64,000 nt of DNA. Source: a virus. Positions within the stretch are counted from its first letter, which is position 1. Each line of letters opens with the position of its first letter. The stretch covers positions 1-64,000 of the IMG/VR virus record IMGVR_UViG_3300009514_000014. One strand, given 5' to 3'. Below are positions 20,095 to 28,472 of the stretch, piece by piece. The notes under the pieces were generated by a model. That model worked only from the letters and a program-made list of their open reading frames with translations. It was not told the DNA's origin and searched no databases. Both the position numbers and the translations under genes were made by a program.

Positions 20095-22248
20095 ATGGAC
20101 GTTAGACGATACGGTGCCACTGGCGATGGTGTAACTGATGACACTGCAGCCATCCAAGCCTGCTTGGATGGCCTTCCGCCAAATCGTACTGTGGGCGTGA
20201 ATGGCAGCGAAACGGTCAGAGCGGTTGTCCCGCCTGGAACTTACATGATCAATGCGGTCACCAAGCTTATACCGCCAGCTGGCGTTGTGATCGAGTTCCT
20301 CGACGGTGCGGTGTTTCAGGTCATCACCAACGATCAGGATGCGTACCGCTGCCTCGAGTTGACGGCGAATGGCATCACCTTGATCAATCCGACGGTAGTT
20401 GGGGATCGCACCACCCATACGGGCGGCACAGGTGAGCACGGGCATGGAATTGTGCTGTCCGGAAACAACTGCACGATCATCAACCCTACAGTCAGTGACT
20501 GCTGGGGGGACGGAATCGCTATTTACGGCGGCACCGGTAATACGCTTACGAATGTCACCCTCAATAACAACCGCCGAAACAACCTAACGATCACATCGTC
20601 AATAGACTTGCTGATCGACGGGGCGCTGATAACAAACGCCAACGGGGTGAATCCACAGCTCGGAGTGGATATCGAGCCCAACACCACAGCCGACGATCTC
20701 TACAATGTTGTGCTTCGAAACATTCGCACGAGTGGCAACACCAATGGTGGAATGCTTGTATCTTTGGCGACGCTCATCAACGTTGACAAGACGATCAAGA
20801 TCGAAATCGATAACCACCACGATGATGCTGCTGGATCAATTGGGAGTTCACTATCCCTGAGCCACGCGCTTACATCGGCTAGCTACCTCCTAGATGGCTC
20901 AATCACTGTGCGCTACCCGTACAGCGACACTCCCGGAGCGAACGGGATTGAGGTGCGCAATTGGCACGCGGTCGATACTCCTGCGATTTTGATCGATTAT
21001 CCGTTTTGTCGTAATCCAAACGAGGTTGATCAGGCATCGGGGAAATACGGATCGGGCATCGCTTTCTATTCGGAGGCTGGTGATGGTGCAGGTACGCGCG
21101 GAAACTGTACAATCCGCAATCCGATCTGCATAGACGACCGCGAAACTCCACGAGTAGTTAATGCGTTTCATGTCGTAGGAACCGGCCTCCAGAACCTTCA
21201 TCTGATCGATCCTATAAGGTGGGAGGGGATGGCCCCTGAGCTGATGATGGCTGGCCAAAACGGGGGCGTGAAGGTGAAGGACAGCTTTGGCGTGATGACT
21301 CGCGTTGTGCCGGGCGGGGCTACGACGATGTACGCGCCTCTTGTGACGAAGATTCATAACGAGGGGGCAGCATCCCGTTCTGACATCTACCTCTATCGGC
21401 AGTGGCTGGAGCCGGTGCCGTTGACGCTGGAAAATCGAACGAGCTTCGGACTGCGGATTTACCCAGGAGACGCAGGATATGAAGCTGCTTGCTACCCGTT
21501 GCAGCCATCGGCGGGTACTTTCTTCGAGACCACCGAGATTGGCGCGTCGATCACACTCGTGCAGACGGATGACACTGAGTACTACGTCGATAAAGTCATA
21601 GGCGTATGGACAGGTGGCGGGGCAGGCGGCGGGGATATCACCGCTATCCATGACGACACCGCCAGCGAGATTAGTGCCATCACTGAAAAGACGGCGCCGG
21701 TTGGTGCCGATATGGCGTTGATCGAAGACAGCGCCGCAGCCAACGTCAAGAAGATGGTGCAGCTGTCCAACCTCGGTTTGGCGATCAAGCTCGATGATCT
21801 CGCAGCACCTGATGATACCACCGACCTGGATGTGTCGACGTCGCTGCATGGACTCACCCCCAAGGCGCCCAACGTCGCTCGACAGCGTCTTGATGGCACT
21901 GGCTCATGGGTCGTCCCTGGGGTCGACATTGGCGTCAAGGACACTAGCTACGGTGTCACTTCGGCGGACAACTTGGTCGTCTTCACCAATGAGGGCGCAC
22001 TTGGATTGGTGACGTTCACGTTGCCGACGGCCGTCGCCGGATTGCAGTACTCGTTCGTCACGATCGATGGCGACGGCATCAGAATCGACGCCAACACCGG
22101 CGACACAATTCGTATTGATACTGCAGTCAGCGCCTCCGCTGGCTACATTCAAGGTACAACAATCGGCGAGACAATCACTCTTGTCGCCGTCAATGCCACT
22201 GAGTGGGTTGCGTTGTCCTACGTTGGCACCTGGACGATCGACTCCTAA
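20095..22248 (+). CDS. tailspike with pectate-lyase-like beta-helix domain
   Basis: VRRYGATGDGVTDDTAAIQA, SDCWGDGI, GVDIEPN. Confidence 0.8.
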   Translation: MDVRRYGATGDGVTDDTAAIQACLDGLPPNRTVGVNGSETVRAVVPPGTYMINAVTKLIPPAGVVIEFLDGAVFQVITNDQDAYRCLELTANGITLINPTVVGDRTTHTGGTGEHGHGIVLSGNNCTIINPTVSDCWGDGIAIYGGTGNTLTNVTLNNNRRNNLTITSSIDLLIDGALITNANGVNPQLGVDIEPNTTADDLYNVVLRNIRTSGNTNGGMLVSLATLINVDKTIKIEIDNHHDDAAGSIGSSLSLSHALTSASYLLDGSITVRYPYSDTPGANGIEVRNWHAVDTPAILIDYPFCRNPNEVDQASGKYGSGIAFYSEAGDGAGTRGNCTIRNPICIDDRETPRVVNAFHVVGTGLQNLHLIDPIRWEGMAPELMMAGQNGGVKVKDSFGVMTRVVPGGATTMYAPLVTKIHNEGAASRSDIYLYRQWLEPVPLTLENRTSFGLRIYPGDAGYEAACYPLQPSAGTFFETTEIGASITLVQTDDTEYYVDKVIGVWTGGGAGGGDITAIHDDTASEISAITEKTAPVGADMALIEDSAAANVKKMVQLSNLGLAIKLDDLAAPDDTTDLDVSTSLHGLTPKAPNVARQRLDGTGSWVVPGVDIGVKDTSYGVTSADNLVVFTNEGALGLVTFTLPTAVAGLQYSFVTIDGDGIRIDANTGDTIRIDTAVSASAGYIQGTTIGETITLVAVNATEWVALSYVGTWTIDS

Positions 22249-22265
22249 ACAACAATCACATACCT

Positions 22266-22339
22266 CGGGATGAGGGCTTGATGGTAAGCCGCCTGGTTCG
22301 GGGCCAGGAGTTGTGCGAGTTCGACTCTCGCCATCCCGA
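22266..22339 (+). tRNA. tRNA-Pro(CGG)
   Basis: loop TTCGGGG. Confidence 0.88.
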
Positions 22340-22340
22340 T

Positions 22341-22475
22341 AGAGAGGACCGCAGATTTGGATTATCTATTGGAACGGGAAGTCGCAGGTTCAAGTCCTGC
22401 TGCGGGCCTAGCCCGTATAGTTCAGTCGGCAGAACGCCCGTCTTGAAACTCCAAGTCGTTTCCTTTGTTCTCTCT
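22341..22475 (+). ncRNA. Y RNA (classic YrlA topology) copy 5
   Basis: AGAGAGGAC(C)G/TGTTCTCTCT; T arm, closed acceptor TGCGGGC-CTA-GCCCGTA, D arm. Confidence 0.8.
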
Positions 22476-22482
22476 CGCTTTT

Positions 22483-22590
22483 TGGATGGACCGCTTGTCT
22501 TGGGTTATCTGGTTAAGCAGCCGGCTAGTTCGCCGGTAAAGCTAGACGGGTTCAAATCTCGTCATCCAAGCAAATTTCTTCGTTCATCCA
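22483..22590 (+). ncRNA. Y RNA-like copy 6
   Basis: TGGATGGAC(C)G/CGTTCATCCA; TTGGGTTATC; AC-like and T arms. Confidence 0.7.
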
Positions 22591-22594
22591 TTTT

Positions 22595-22679
22595 GACCTT
22601 GTGGCGGAATAGGTAGACGCGCTAGATTCAGAATCTGGTCCTCGCAACGGGGGTGAGAGTTCGACTCTCTCCAAGGTCA
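22595..22679 (+). tRNA. tRNA-Leu(CAG)
   Basis: loop TTCAGAA, long variable arm. Confidence 0.92.
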
Positions 22680-22683
22680 CAAC

Positions 22684-23010
22684 ATGAAAAAGAAGAAGAA
22701 ACCGAAGATGAATCCGGTTTTGACTCTGCGGAAAGCCTGGGTGTCGTTGGTCCGCACGCGAATCAAAGCTGAAACTGAATTGCTGCAGGTGCTGGCCGAA
22801 ATCGGCGAACCGGAGCTCGACGAAGATGGCTTCGACAACTTGCCACGGTTGGACGACAACGTCGCAGTGCAGCAGGCTGTGACGTACTTCAGGACGGTGT
22901 TTCTGGCGTCACCGGATTCACAAGCAGCGACTGACTTGATCAATCGACTGAATCGGTCGCATTGGGCTCCTGTGCCGTACAGAGGGACAGGGCGCCTGGT
23001 TCAACGTTAG
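22684..23010 (+). CDS. hypothetical protein
   Basis: ORF fills the gap between tRNAs. Confidence 0.5.
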   Translation: MKKKKKPKMNPVLTLRKAWVSLVRTRIKAETELLQVLAEIGEPELDEDGFDNLPRLDDNVAVQQAVTYFRTVFLASPDSQAATDLINRLNRSHWAPVPYRGTGRLVQR

Positions 23011-23011
23011 C

Positions 23012-23083
23012 GCCCGTAAAGCATTGACGGCGATGCGCCGGCCTCGTAAGTCGGGGAGTCGGGTTCAAGTCCTGATACGGGCT
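23012..23083 (+). tRNA. tRNA-Thr(CGT)
   Basis: loop CTCGTAA. Confidence 0.9.
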
Positions 23084-23154
23084 CACTACGTTTACGTAGC
23101 TCGGCGGTGCTGAGCACGTGATCGTGAGGTGGGGTTTTTAGAGTAAGTTTGTTT

Positions 23155-23227
23155 GCCCTCGTAGCTCATACGGTAGAGCAGCTGCCTTGTAAGCAGCAGG
23201 CGACCAGTTCGAGTCTGGTCGAGGGCT
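23155..23227 (+). tRNA. tRNA-Thr(TGT)
   Basis: loop CTTGTAA. Confidence 0.92.
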
Positions 23228-23236
23228 TTTGTAGTA

Positions 23237-23366
23237 TCTCTGGAGAGCTCGGATGGTCGAGCGCCGTAAACATCCAGCGCGTCTTTTTGTTCATCTTGAT
23301 GGACCGCTTGTGTTGGGTTATCGCTTTAGGGGCCGGAGGAGGGGGTTCGAATCCCCCGCCAGAGAA
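23237..23366 (+). ncRNA. circularly permuted Y RNA (tRNA ends, internal Ro-binding hairpin)
   Basis: TCTCTGG/CCAGAGA acceptor, D arm, then TCCAGCGC..TTGTTCAT-CTTG-ATGGAC(C)G..GTGTTGGGTTATC, then T arm. Confidence 0.7.
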
Positions 23367-23367
23367 T

Positions 23368-23502
23368 TCGAGGACCGAAAGATTTTGGATTATCCCTGCT
23401 AAGGACGAGGCCGCAGGTTCGAATCCTGCACACTCCAAACTGGGGGGTGTTAGCTCAGCGGTAGAGCACGTAAAACTCCAGAGTCAACTCTCTTGTTCTC
23501 GA
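23368..23502 (+). ncRNA. Y RNA (YrlA topology) copy 7
   Basis: TCGAGGAC(C)GA/TTGTTCTCGA; T arm, closed acceptor ACACTCC/GGGGTGT, D arm GCTC-AGCGGTA-GAGC. Confidence 0.8.
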
Positions 23503-23505
23503 TTT

Positions 23506-23578
23506 GGGTTGCAAGCTCATGAGGAAGAGCGCCCGGCTGTTAACCGGATGGTTTTGGGTTCGAATCCCAAGCGACCCT
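23506..23578 (+). tRNA. tRNA-Asn(GTT)
   Basis: loop CTGTTAA. Confidence 0.88.
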
Positions 23579-23584
23579 CACGTT

Positions 23585-23659
23585 GTCCCTGTCGTCTAGC
23601 GCGGCCAAGGATGTCGGCTTCTCACGCCGGAGACACGGGTTCAAATCCCGTCAGGGACG
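23585..23659 (+). tRNA. tRNA-Glu(CTC)
   Basis: loop TTCTCAC. Confidence 0.92.
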
Positions 23660-23663
23660 TACT

Positions 23664-23737
23664 GACCTAGAAGGCGAACTGGTAGAGCCGTCAGCCTTTC
23701 AAGCTGAAGATAGCGGGTTCAAGTCCCGTCTAGGTCA
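23664..23737 (+). tRNA. tRNA-Glu(TTC)
   Basis: loop CTTTCAA. Confidence 0.88.
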
Positions 23738-23756
23738 CTTGCTGAAGGAATGCACA

Positions 23757-24086
23757 ATGGCGAAGAAGCCAGTCGTTATCACCATGCGCGTCACCTTTGA
23801 GGTCAACCCGCCCGTCAAGGACGCGCTGCCGGAGCTCGTGACGTCTGTCGAGTTGACGCCAAAAGATCTCAAGCGCAAGAACGTCGCCGAGCGCGCTGTT
23901 CTTAGGCTTCGCAGAGCACTTACCAATGGTGCTGCGGCCTTTGAGATGGTAGGGTCAGGACTCAACAAGGCGATCCGAGAAGCCATCGGAGCGCAAAAAG
24001 GGGAGAAGTCTAAATGCCACACCCAACACAAAGCCACGTCAGACGTCTCGTCAAATCCAAAACTGTCGAGCCACCTGCTTGTGTAG
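23757..24086 (+). CDS. hypothetical protein
   Basis: SD AAGGA, ATG 23757. Confidence 0.5.
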   Translation: MAKKPVVITMRVTFEVNPPVKDALPELVTSVELTPKDLKRKNVAERAVLRLRRALTNGAAAFEMVGSGLNKAIREAIGAQKGEKSKCHTQHKATSDVSSNPKLSSHLLV

Positions 24087-24898
24087 TCTCTGGCCTGCAG
24101 TTCGAGACGCTGATGGGCTCACATGCCTACGGGGTTTCCACCGACCAGAGCGACGCAGACATCTACGGATTCTGCACTCCGGAGAAGCAAGACGTCTTCA
24201 CGCACCTCAAAGGTGTGATCCCCGGCTTTGACAAGCAAGTGGCCAACTTCAAGTTGTGGCAACAGCCGCATGTCACCTGGCGTCACAACCTTGAGCCGAT
24301 GTCACCTGGCGTCGCCAAGTTCGATTTCAACATCTACTCGATTATCGAGTTCTTCAGTCACGCCATGCGTAACACGCCCAACGTGTTGGACTGCTTGTTC
24401 GTTCCTGTGGACGTGATCACCTTCCGCACGAAACTCGCCGACATGGTGCTTGAACGTCGCAAGCTCTTCTTGCACAAAGGCGCCAAGCATCGCTACCTCG
24501 GATTTGCTCACAGTCAGTTGGACAAGATGCGAAAGCTGGCTGCAGAGAACGAAGCCGAAAAAGGCGAGATAGCGACGTTCAAGCAAAACGCGCGACAGGT
24601 CAAGGCACTGAAGCACGCGTACCATGCCGTACGGTTGTGCTTGCAGGTCCGCCAGTTGCTTGCCGACGGTGACATGCAATTCGTCTTCGCCCAGTACCTA
24701 CGCGAGATTCGCTCCGCAAAGTACTCGTACGAAGTCATCGTCGAACGTTGCGCGGAGTTGGAAGTTGAAATCGAAGAACTCTACGCCACCTCCAATGCGG
24801 TGCCCTACAAGCCTGACGAGCCTGCGATCAAGGAGCTCCTGCTCAATTGCCTCGAAGAGGCCTACGGCAGCCTTGACGGCTGCGTGGCACGCAGCTGA
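24014..24898 (+). CDS. Pol-beta superfamily nucleotidyltransferase (RlaP/YcgL-like)
   Basis: GSHAYGVSTDQSDADIYG, N.PNVLDCLF, KHAYHAVRL. Confidence 0.85.
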   Translation: MPHPTQSHVRRLVKSKTVEPPACVVSGLQFETLMGSHAYGVSTDQSDADIYGFCTPEKQDVFTHLKGVIPGFDKQVANFKLWQQPHVTWRHNLEPMSPGVAKFDFNIYSIIEFFSHAMRNTPNVLDCLFVPVDVITFRTKLADMVLERRKLFLHKGAKHRYLGFAHSQLDKMRKLAAENEAEKGEIATFKQNARQVKALKHAYHAVRLCLQVRQLLADGDMQFVFAQYLREIRSAKYSYEVIVERCAELEVEIEELYATSNAVPYKPDEPAIKELLLNCLEEAYGSLDGCVARS

Positions 24899-25185
24899 TG
24901 GCGCCTCTACGACGCTTGATCATCGCCGAGACGGCGTCCAGCACGTGGAGCTACCACCTGCGGATCCTTGAGCCCGGTGAAGAACCAAAGTATGGTGGAG
25001 GGGCTGGTTTCGCGCTGTGTGGCGCAAAGGTTGGCTGGGACACACAGATGCCAATGAGCGCATGGGACAAAAAGGTCGCGCACATTCCAGAGTCTTTTTG
25101 CGTTAAGTGCGAGCTAGAAGCCGCAAAGCGAGGATTCACCGTCGCAGCGGCGGCGGACAGGGAGGAGTCCAGTGGACAAAAGTAG
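24898..25185 (+). CDS. hypothetical Zn-binding protein
   Basis: YHLR...ALCG...CVKC. Confidence 0.5.
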   Translation: MAPLRRLIIAETASSTWSYHLRILEPGEEPKYGGGAGFALCGAKVGWDTQMPMSAWDKKVAHIPESFCVKCELEAAKRGFTVAAAADREESSGQK

Positions 25186-25543
25186 ACGCGGATTCTTCAA
25201 ACGGATAGGTCTCGGTGTCGGTGCGGCGGTTGTTGCCGGTTTGCCCGCCAAGGTTGCCGCAGAACAAGCTCCACGAGTCCTCAAAATCATCAACTGCGTC
25301 GAAGGCGCTAACGTAGGCGTGTTCGAACATACCGAAGGGCGCCAATTGTTTCTTGGCTCCACCGTCTCTGATGGCGTTGTGGATGGCATTGTTGAAGTAC
25401 CGATGGATGAGCTCGCCGTCCAGACTGTCGTTGTGCGGGTGCGCAAGTGGGGCTACGTGCCGTTCAGTCATACTTGTGAGCTGCGCGAGAGCGGGCTCAC
25501 CATAGTCAGCGCTTACATGCGTCTGGACGAGTTGTTGACCTAA
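25172..25543 (+). CDS. hypothetical protein with Tat signal peptide
   Basis: SRRGFFK + h-region + VAA cleavage-like site. Confidence 0.6.
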   Translation: MDKSRRGFFKRIGLGVGAAVVAGLPAKVAAEQAPRVLKIINCVEGANVGVFEHTEGRQLFLGSTVSDGVVDGIVEVPMDELAVQTVVVRVRKWGYVPFSHTCELRESGLTIVSAYMRLDELLT

Positions 25544-25549
25544 CGTGCT

Positions 25550-25882
25550 ATGCTGACACCTAAAGACCAACATTGGTTGACGCTGGCCGGACAGAAAGTT
25601 GAGGTAGACCGTTTTGGGTTTCTCATCAGATCGACGGACTGGTCGTTTGCGATTGCTGAGGCCTTGGCAGTCCTCGAAGCGATCGAGCTCGAACATGCGC
25701 ACTGGCGGCTCATCAGACTCGTCAGAAAATTCCATCGAGAACGCCATCGAGTGCCTAGTGTCCGGGAGATCTGTGACGCCGGAGACGTTACCCTCCGACA
25801 GCTCTACGATTTGTTTCCACCAACAGTGCTCAAATTGTTTCGCGTCTCGGGAATGTCAAAGCCGGGTTGCGGAGGTTACTAA
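25550..25882 (+). CDS. TusE/DsrC-family sulfur relay protein
   Basis: VEVDRFGFL....W..AIAEALA..E.IEL...HW..IR..R, LYDLFP, GMSKPGC. Confidence 0.8.
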   Translation: MLTPKDQHWLTLAGQKVEVDRFGFLIRSTDWSFAIAEALAVLEAIELEHAHWRLIRLVRKFHRERHRVPSVREICDAGDVTLRQLYDLFPPTVLKLFRVSGMSKPGCGGY

Positions 25883-25891
25883 ATAGTTTTT

Positions 25892-26256
25892 GGGGATGAA
25901 AAGGTTTCGACAGGGATGATCGAAGTGAAAGAGTGCAAGCCGGGGAATGATTGGTCACCTCGTGAAAAAGACTGGTCAAGTTCAAACGCCAATGACAACG
26001 CTTACGCGGAGCCTATGGCTCAAGCTGCCTAGTGCAGCTTCGTCTCGCCACCCCTCCTGACTGTGACAGGTGGATGAGACGTCATTGAACGGTCTAGGAG
26101 CCGGCAGTCCTCGTCGGGTCGGTTCCGAGATGCAGACGAGAAACGAACCGTGTGGAGCCTGTCGCTGGGCGCTCTCGGGGGTTAAATCAGCGACTAAGCT
26201 TGTAGGATCTCTGCATGACGCGTTTCTGGACTCGGGTTCGATTCCCGACTTCTCCA
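25892..26256 (+). ncRNA. ssrA: tmRNA, tag ANDNAYAEPMAQAA*
   Basis: 5' GGGGATGAAAAGGTTTCGAC; tag ORF 25988-26032; 3' GGACTCGGGTTCGATTCCCGACTTCTCCA. Confidence 0.95.
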
Positions 26257-26802
26257 AACCATTGACAAATGCCCCCGATGATTTGGTCTATGAAAAAGGG
26301 TGGGCCGGGCGATGCTATTCGGCGGATGCGTCCTGAACGTCGGGCGCGTCTGGCTGCACTGACGTCGGCGGCTCTGAACGATCGTCCGACGAGTCATTCG
26401 ATTGAGGCGATGATTCAGACGTCTCGGCCGGGATGGGGGATGCCTTGGTACCGTCTGCCACCTTCGCTAATTGTTCCAGCTGGTGCACCGAGTAAGTCAG
26501 GAAATCAGCGGCGATAATCCGCAACACCTCGATACTGACAGGGTTGTGTCCACCCTTGATGATTTGTGGTTTGCCATCCGGACTCAGTCGCCAGCCTCGT
26601 TGCAGCAAGCGACCCGTGAACAGGTCAAAGTTCTTGTCTGCTTCTACCTTCCGCAGTTGTCGCAGCTCTTGCAGCCATAACGACAGTTGTCGGTGTTCTC
26701 GTCCTCGTTCGTCGTCGCTCTCGCCGCCGATTTGTGCGGCGTGATTGATCGCATCGTTCAAGCTTTTCATTTTTGTCCTCCGTGGACACACTACTACAAT
26801 CT

Positions 26803-26875
26803 GCCGGCGAAGCTCAATAGGCAGAGCGCCTGCTTGGTATGCAGGAGGTTATCGGTTCAATTCCGATCGTCGGCT
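26803..26875 (+). tRNA. tRNA-Thr(GGT)
   Basis: loop TTGGTAT. Confidence 0.9.
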
Positions 26876-26941
26876 CTCCGAATTAATGGGGTACTACAAT
26901 AGGTAAACGAGGTACTTTCGCGATTCGAGTACCGCATTTGT

Positions 26942-27014
26942 AGGGTACGCGCTGGGTTACGCTCACTGGTCTCCAAAACCGGTTGGATGCGGGGTTCGAT
27001 TCCCTGGTGCCCTG
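26942..27014 (+). tRNA. tRNA-Trp(CCA), atypical D arm
   Basis: AGGGTAC/GTGCCCT, loop CTCCAAA. Confidence 0.75.
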
Positions 27015-27102
27015 TAGTCACCGCAGAGGTGGAGACTGCGAGTTCATGTCGCAGTGGGACCTCAATGTGCGACGGAGCACTCTGCGCTGTTGGTGGCTTT
27101 AT

Positions 27103-27282
27103 GGGCTTGTGGCCGAATGGAACGGCGGCTGTGCCCCTGCGAAGCGAGCGAACCAGTTGATCATGGGGAGTGGACTTTGCGGGCGGACACCGGGGGCGTC
27201 CAATACATTGTTGGACCCAGCAGTGTGGCGGAGATCGCGTCCCTCGCTAATGTGGTTGCAGGTTCGAATCCTGCCAAGTCCA
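27103..27282 (+). ncRNA. 180-nt tRNA-like RNA with a large insert in the anticodon arm
   Basis: GGGCTTG/CAAGTCC acceptor, D arm and T arm flank ~105 extra structured nt. Confidence 0.6.
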
Positions 27283-27287
27283 CTTTT

Positions 27288-27360
27288 GAGTCCATAGCCA
27301 AGACGGTAAGGCAGCCGCCTGCAAAGCGGCCAATCCTCGGTTCGATTCCGAGTGGACTCT
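27288..27360 (+). tRNA. tRNA-Cys(GCA)
   Basis: loop CTGCAAA, U73. Confidence 0.92.
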
Positions 27361-27365
27361 CTTTT

Positions 27366-27434
27366 GCTCTGCGGTAAGGATGCCAGGCAGGCCTTCTAAG
27401 CTAGCTGTGCCAGGTTCGATTCCTGGGCAGAGTG
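27366..27434 (+). tRNA. tRNA-Arg(TCT), reduced D arm
   Basis: loop CTTCTAA, T arm intact. Confidence 0.7.
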
Positions 27435-27684
27435 AATTCGTGCTACGCTGCGTGACATGCATGAGTGGCAAGAGGATTGGAAAGAGCAACCGGGTTGTCG
27501 CGGAGACGCCCGACGATGTAGCTGCATATACTGCCATGGCCGACCGTGGGGTTGTGCGCACTGCTACGTTTGTTCCAGCTGCAAACGCCCCGTCCTGCTG
27601 TACGCAGCAGGCCACCCGCAGGGGTTGACACCGATACCGTGCAAATGCGCTGATGAAAAAGCGCTGATGAGAAAGTGAACGTGG

Positions 27685-27966
27685 ATGGCCGACTTTTACA
27701 CCGACGACGATCTGGACAAGCTCTACAACAGGATTGACACCTTGTTGCGCAGTGGGGACTTGGACGCCATCAACGAAGAGCTCAGGAAATGCGTTACGCG
27801 CATCGACAAGATGTGCGTCATGGAAATGATTGGCTACCTGACAATCACATTTGCTGCAGCTAAAAACCTCTCGTGTCGACCTCTACTAGTTAACGCCGTG
27901 CGCACCGAGATGGCACGACGCGGAATGTCGAACGCAGAGATTGCAGCGGAGCTCTACGGATTGTAA
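27685..27966 (+). CDS. hypothetical protein
   Basis: ORF between tRNAs. Confidence 0.5.
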   Translation: MADFYTDDDLDKLYNRIDTLLRSGDLDAINEELRKCVTRIDKMCVMEMIGYLTITFAAAKNLSCRPLLVNAVRTEMARRGMSNAEIAAELYGL

Positions 27967-27967
27967 T

Positions 27968-28041
27968 GGCCTCGTGCCCAAATGGAGAAGGGAACGGTTT
28001 CCTAAACCGTCAATGTGCAGGTTCGAGTCCTGCCGAGGTCG
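27968..28041 (+). tRNA. tRNA-Arg(CCT)
   Basis: loop TTCCTAA. Confidence 0.9.
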
Positions 28042-28133
28042 AGCGATAATGCCAGGGCAGCAGCAATGGCTGCGGCTGCCCTGGGCCTAACCGGAGGGCG
28101 TGCCTGACCGGCTCTAGGACGCAGAGACAGCCT

Positions 28134-28205
28134 GGGAGTGTAACTCAGTGGAAGAGTGTTTGCTTTACACGCAAGTGGCCGGAGGTTCGAATCCTCTCAC
28201 TCCCA
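28134..28205 (+). tRNA. tRNA-Val(TAC)
   Basis: loop TTTACAC. Confidence 0.9.
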
Positions 28206-28209
28206 TCAT

Positions 28210-28282
28210 GCCGCCATCGTCTAACGGAAAAGGACGCAGGTCTTCGGAACCTGCCATGAGGGTTCGAATCCTTCTGGCGGTG
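28210..28282 (+). tRNA. tRNA-Arg(TCG)
   Basis: loop CTTCGGA. Confidence 0.88.
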
Positions 28283-28386
28283 ATCAAGAAAAAACGCCCC
28301 CCGGTTCTTACCGGGAGGCGTCAGGGGCGATGTGCCCTCCACCATCCACTCGTTCGCATGAGGGGAACGCACAAGGTATCATCTTT

Positions 28387-28459
28387 GGGTGTGTAGCTCA
28401 ACCGGAAGAGCGTCTGCGCGACATGCAGAAGGTAGGGGGTTCGACACCCTCCACGCCCA
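28387..28459 (+). tRNA. tRNA-Val(GAC)
   Basis: loop GCGACAT (C33 atypical). Confidence 0.85.
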
Positions 28460-28472
28460 CTAGGAGCTCGAG

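Noticed and set aside
12990-23502. Recurrent GATGGACCG...GGGTTATC motif as CRISPR repeats
   Set aside because: Spacing is irregular, copies are divergent with compensatory pairing, and there are no cas genes; better explained as Y RNA paralogs.
24270-24313. 15-bp direct repeat ATGTCACCTGGCGTC in the nucleotidyltransferase gene
   Set aside because: A single short duplication; the frame is intact and there is no mobile-element or DGR context.
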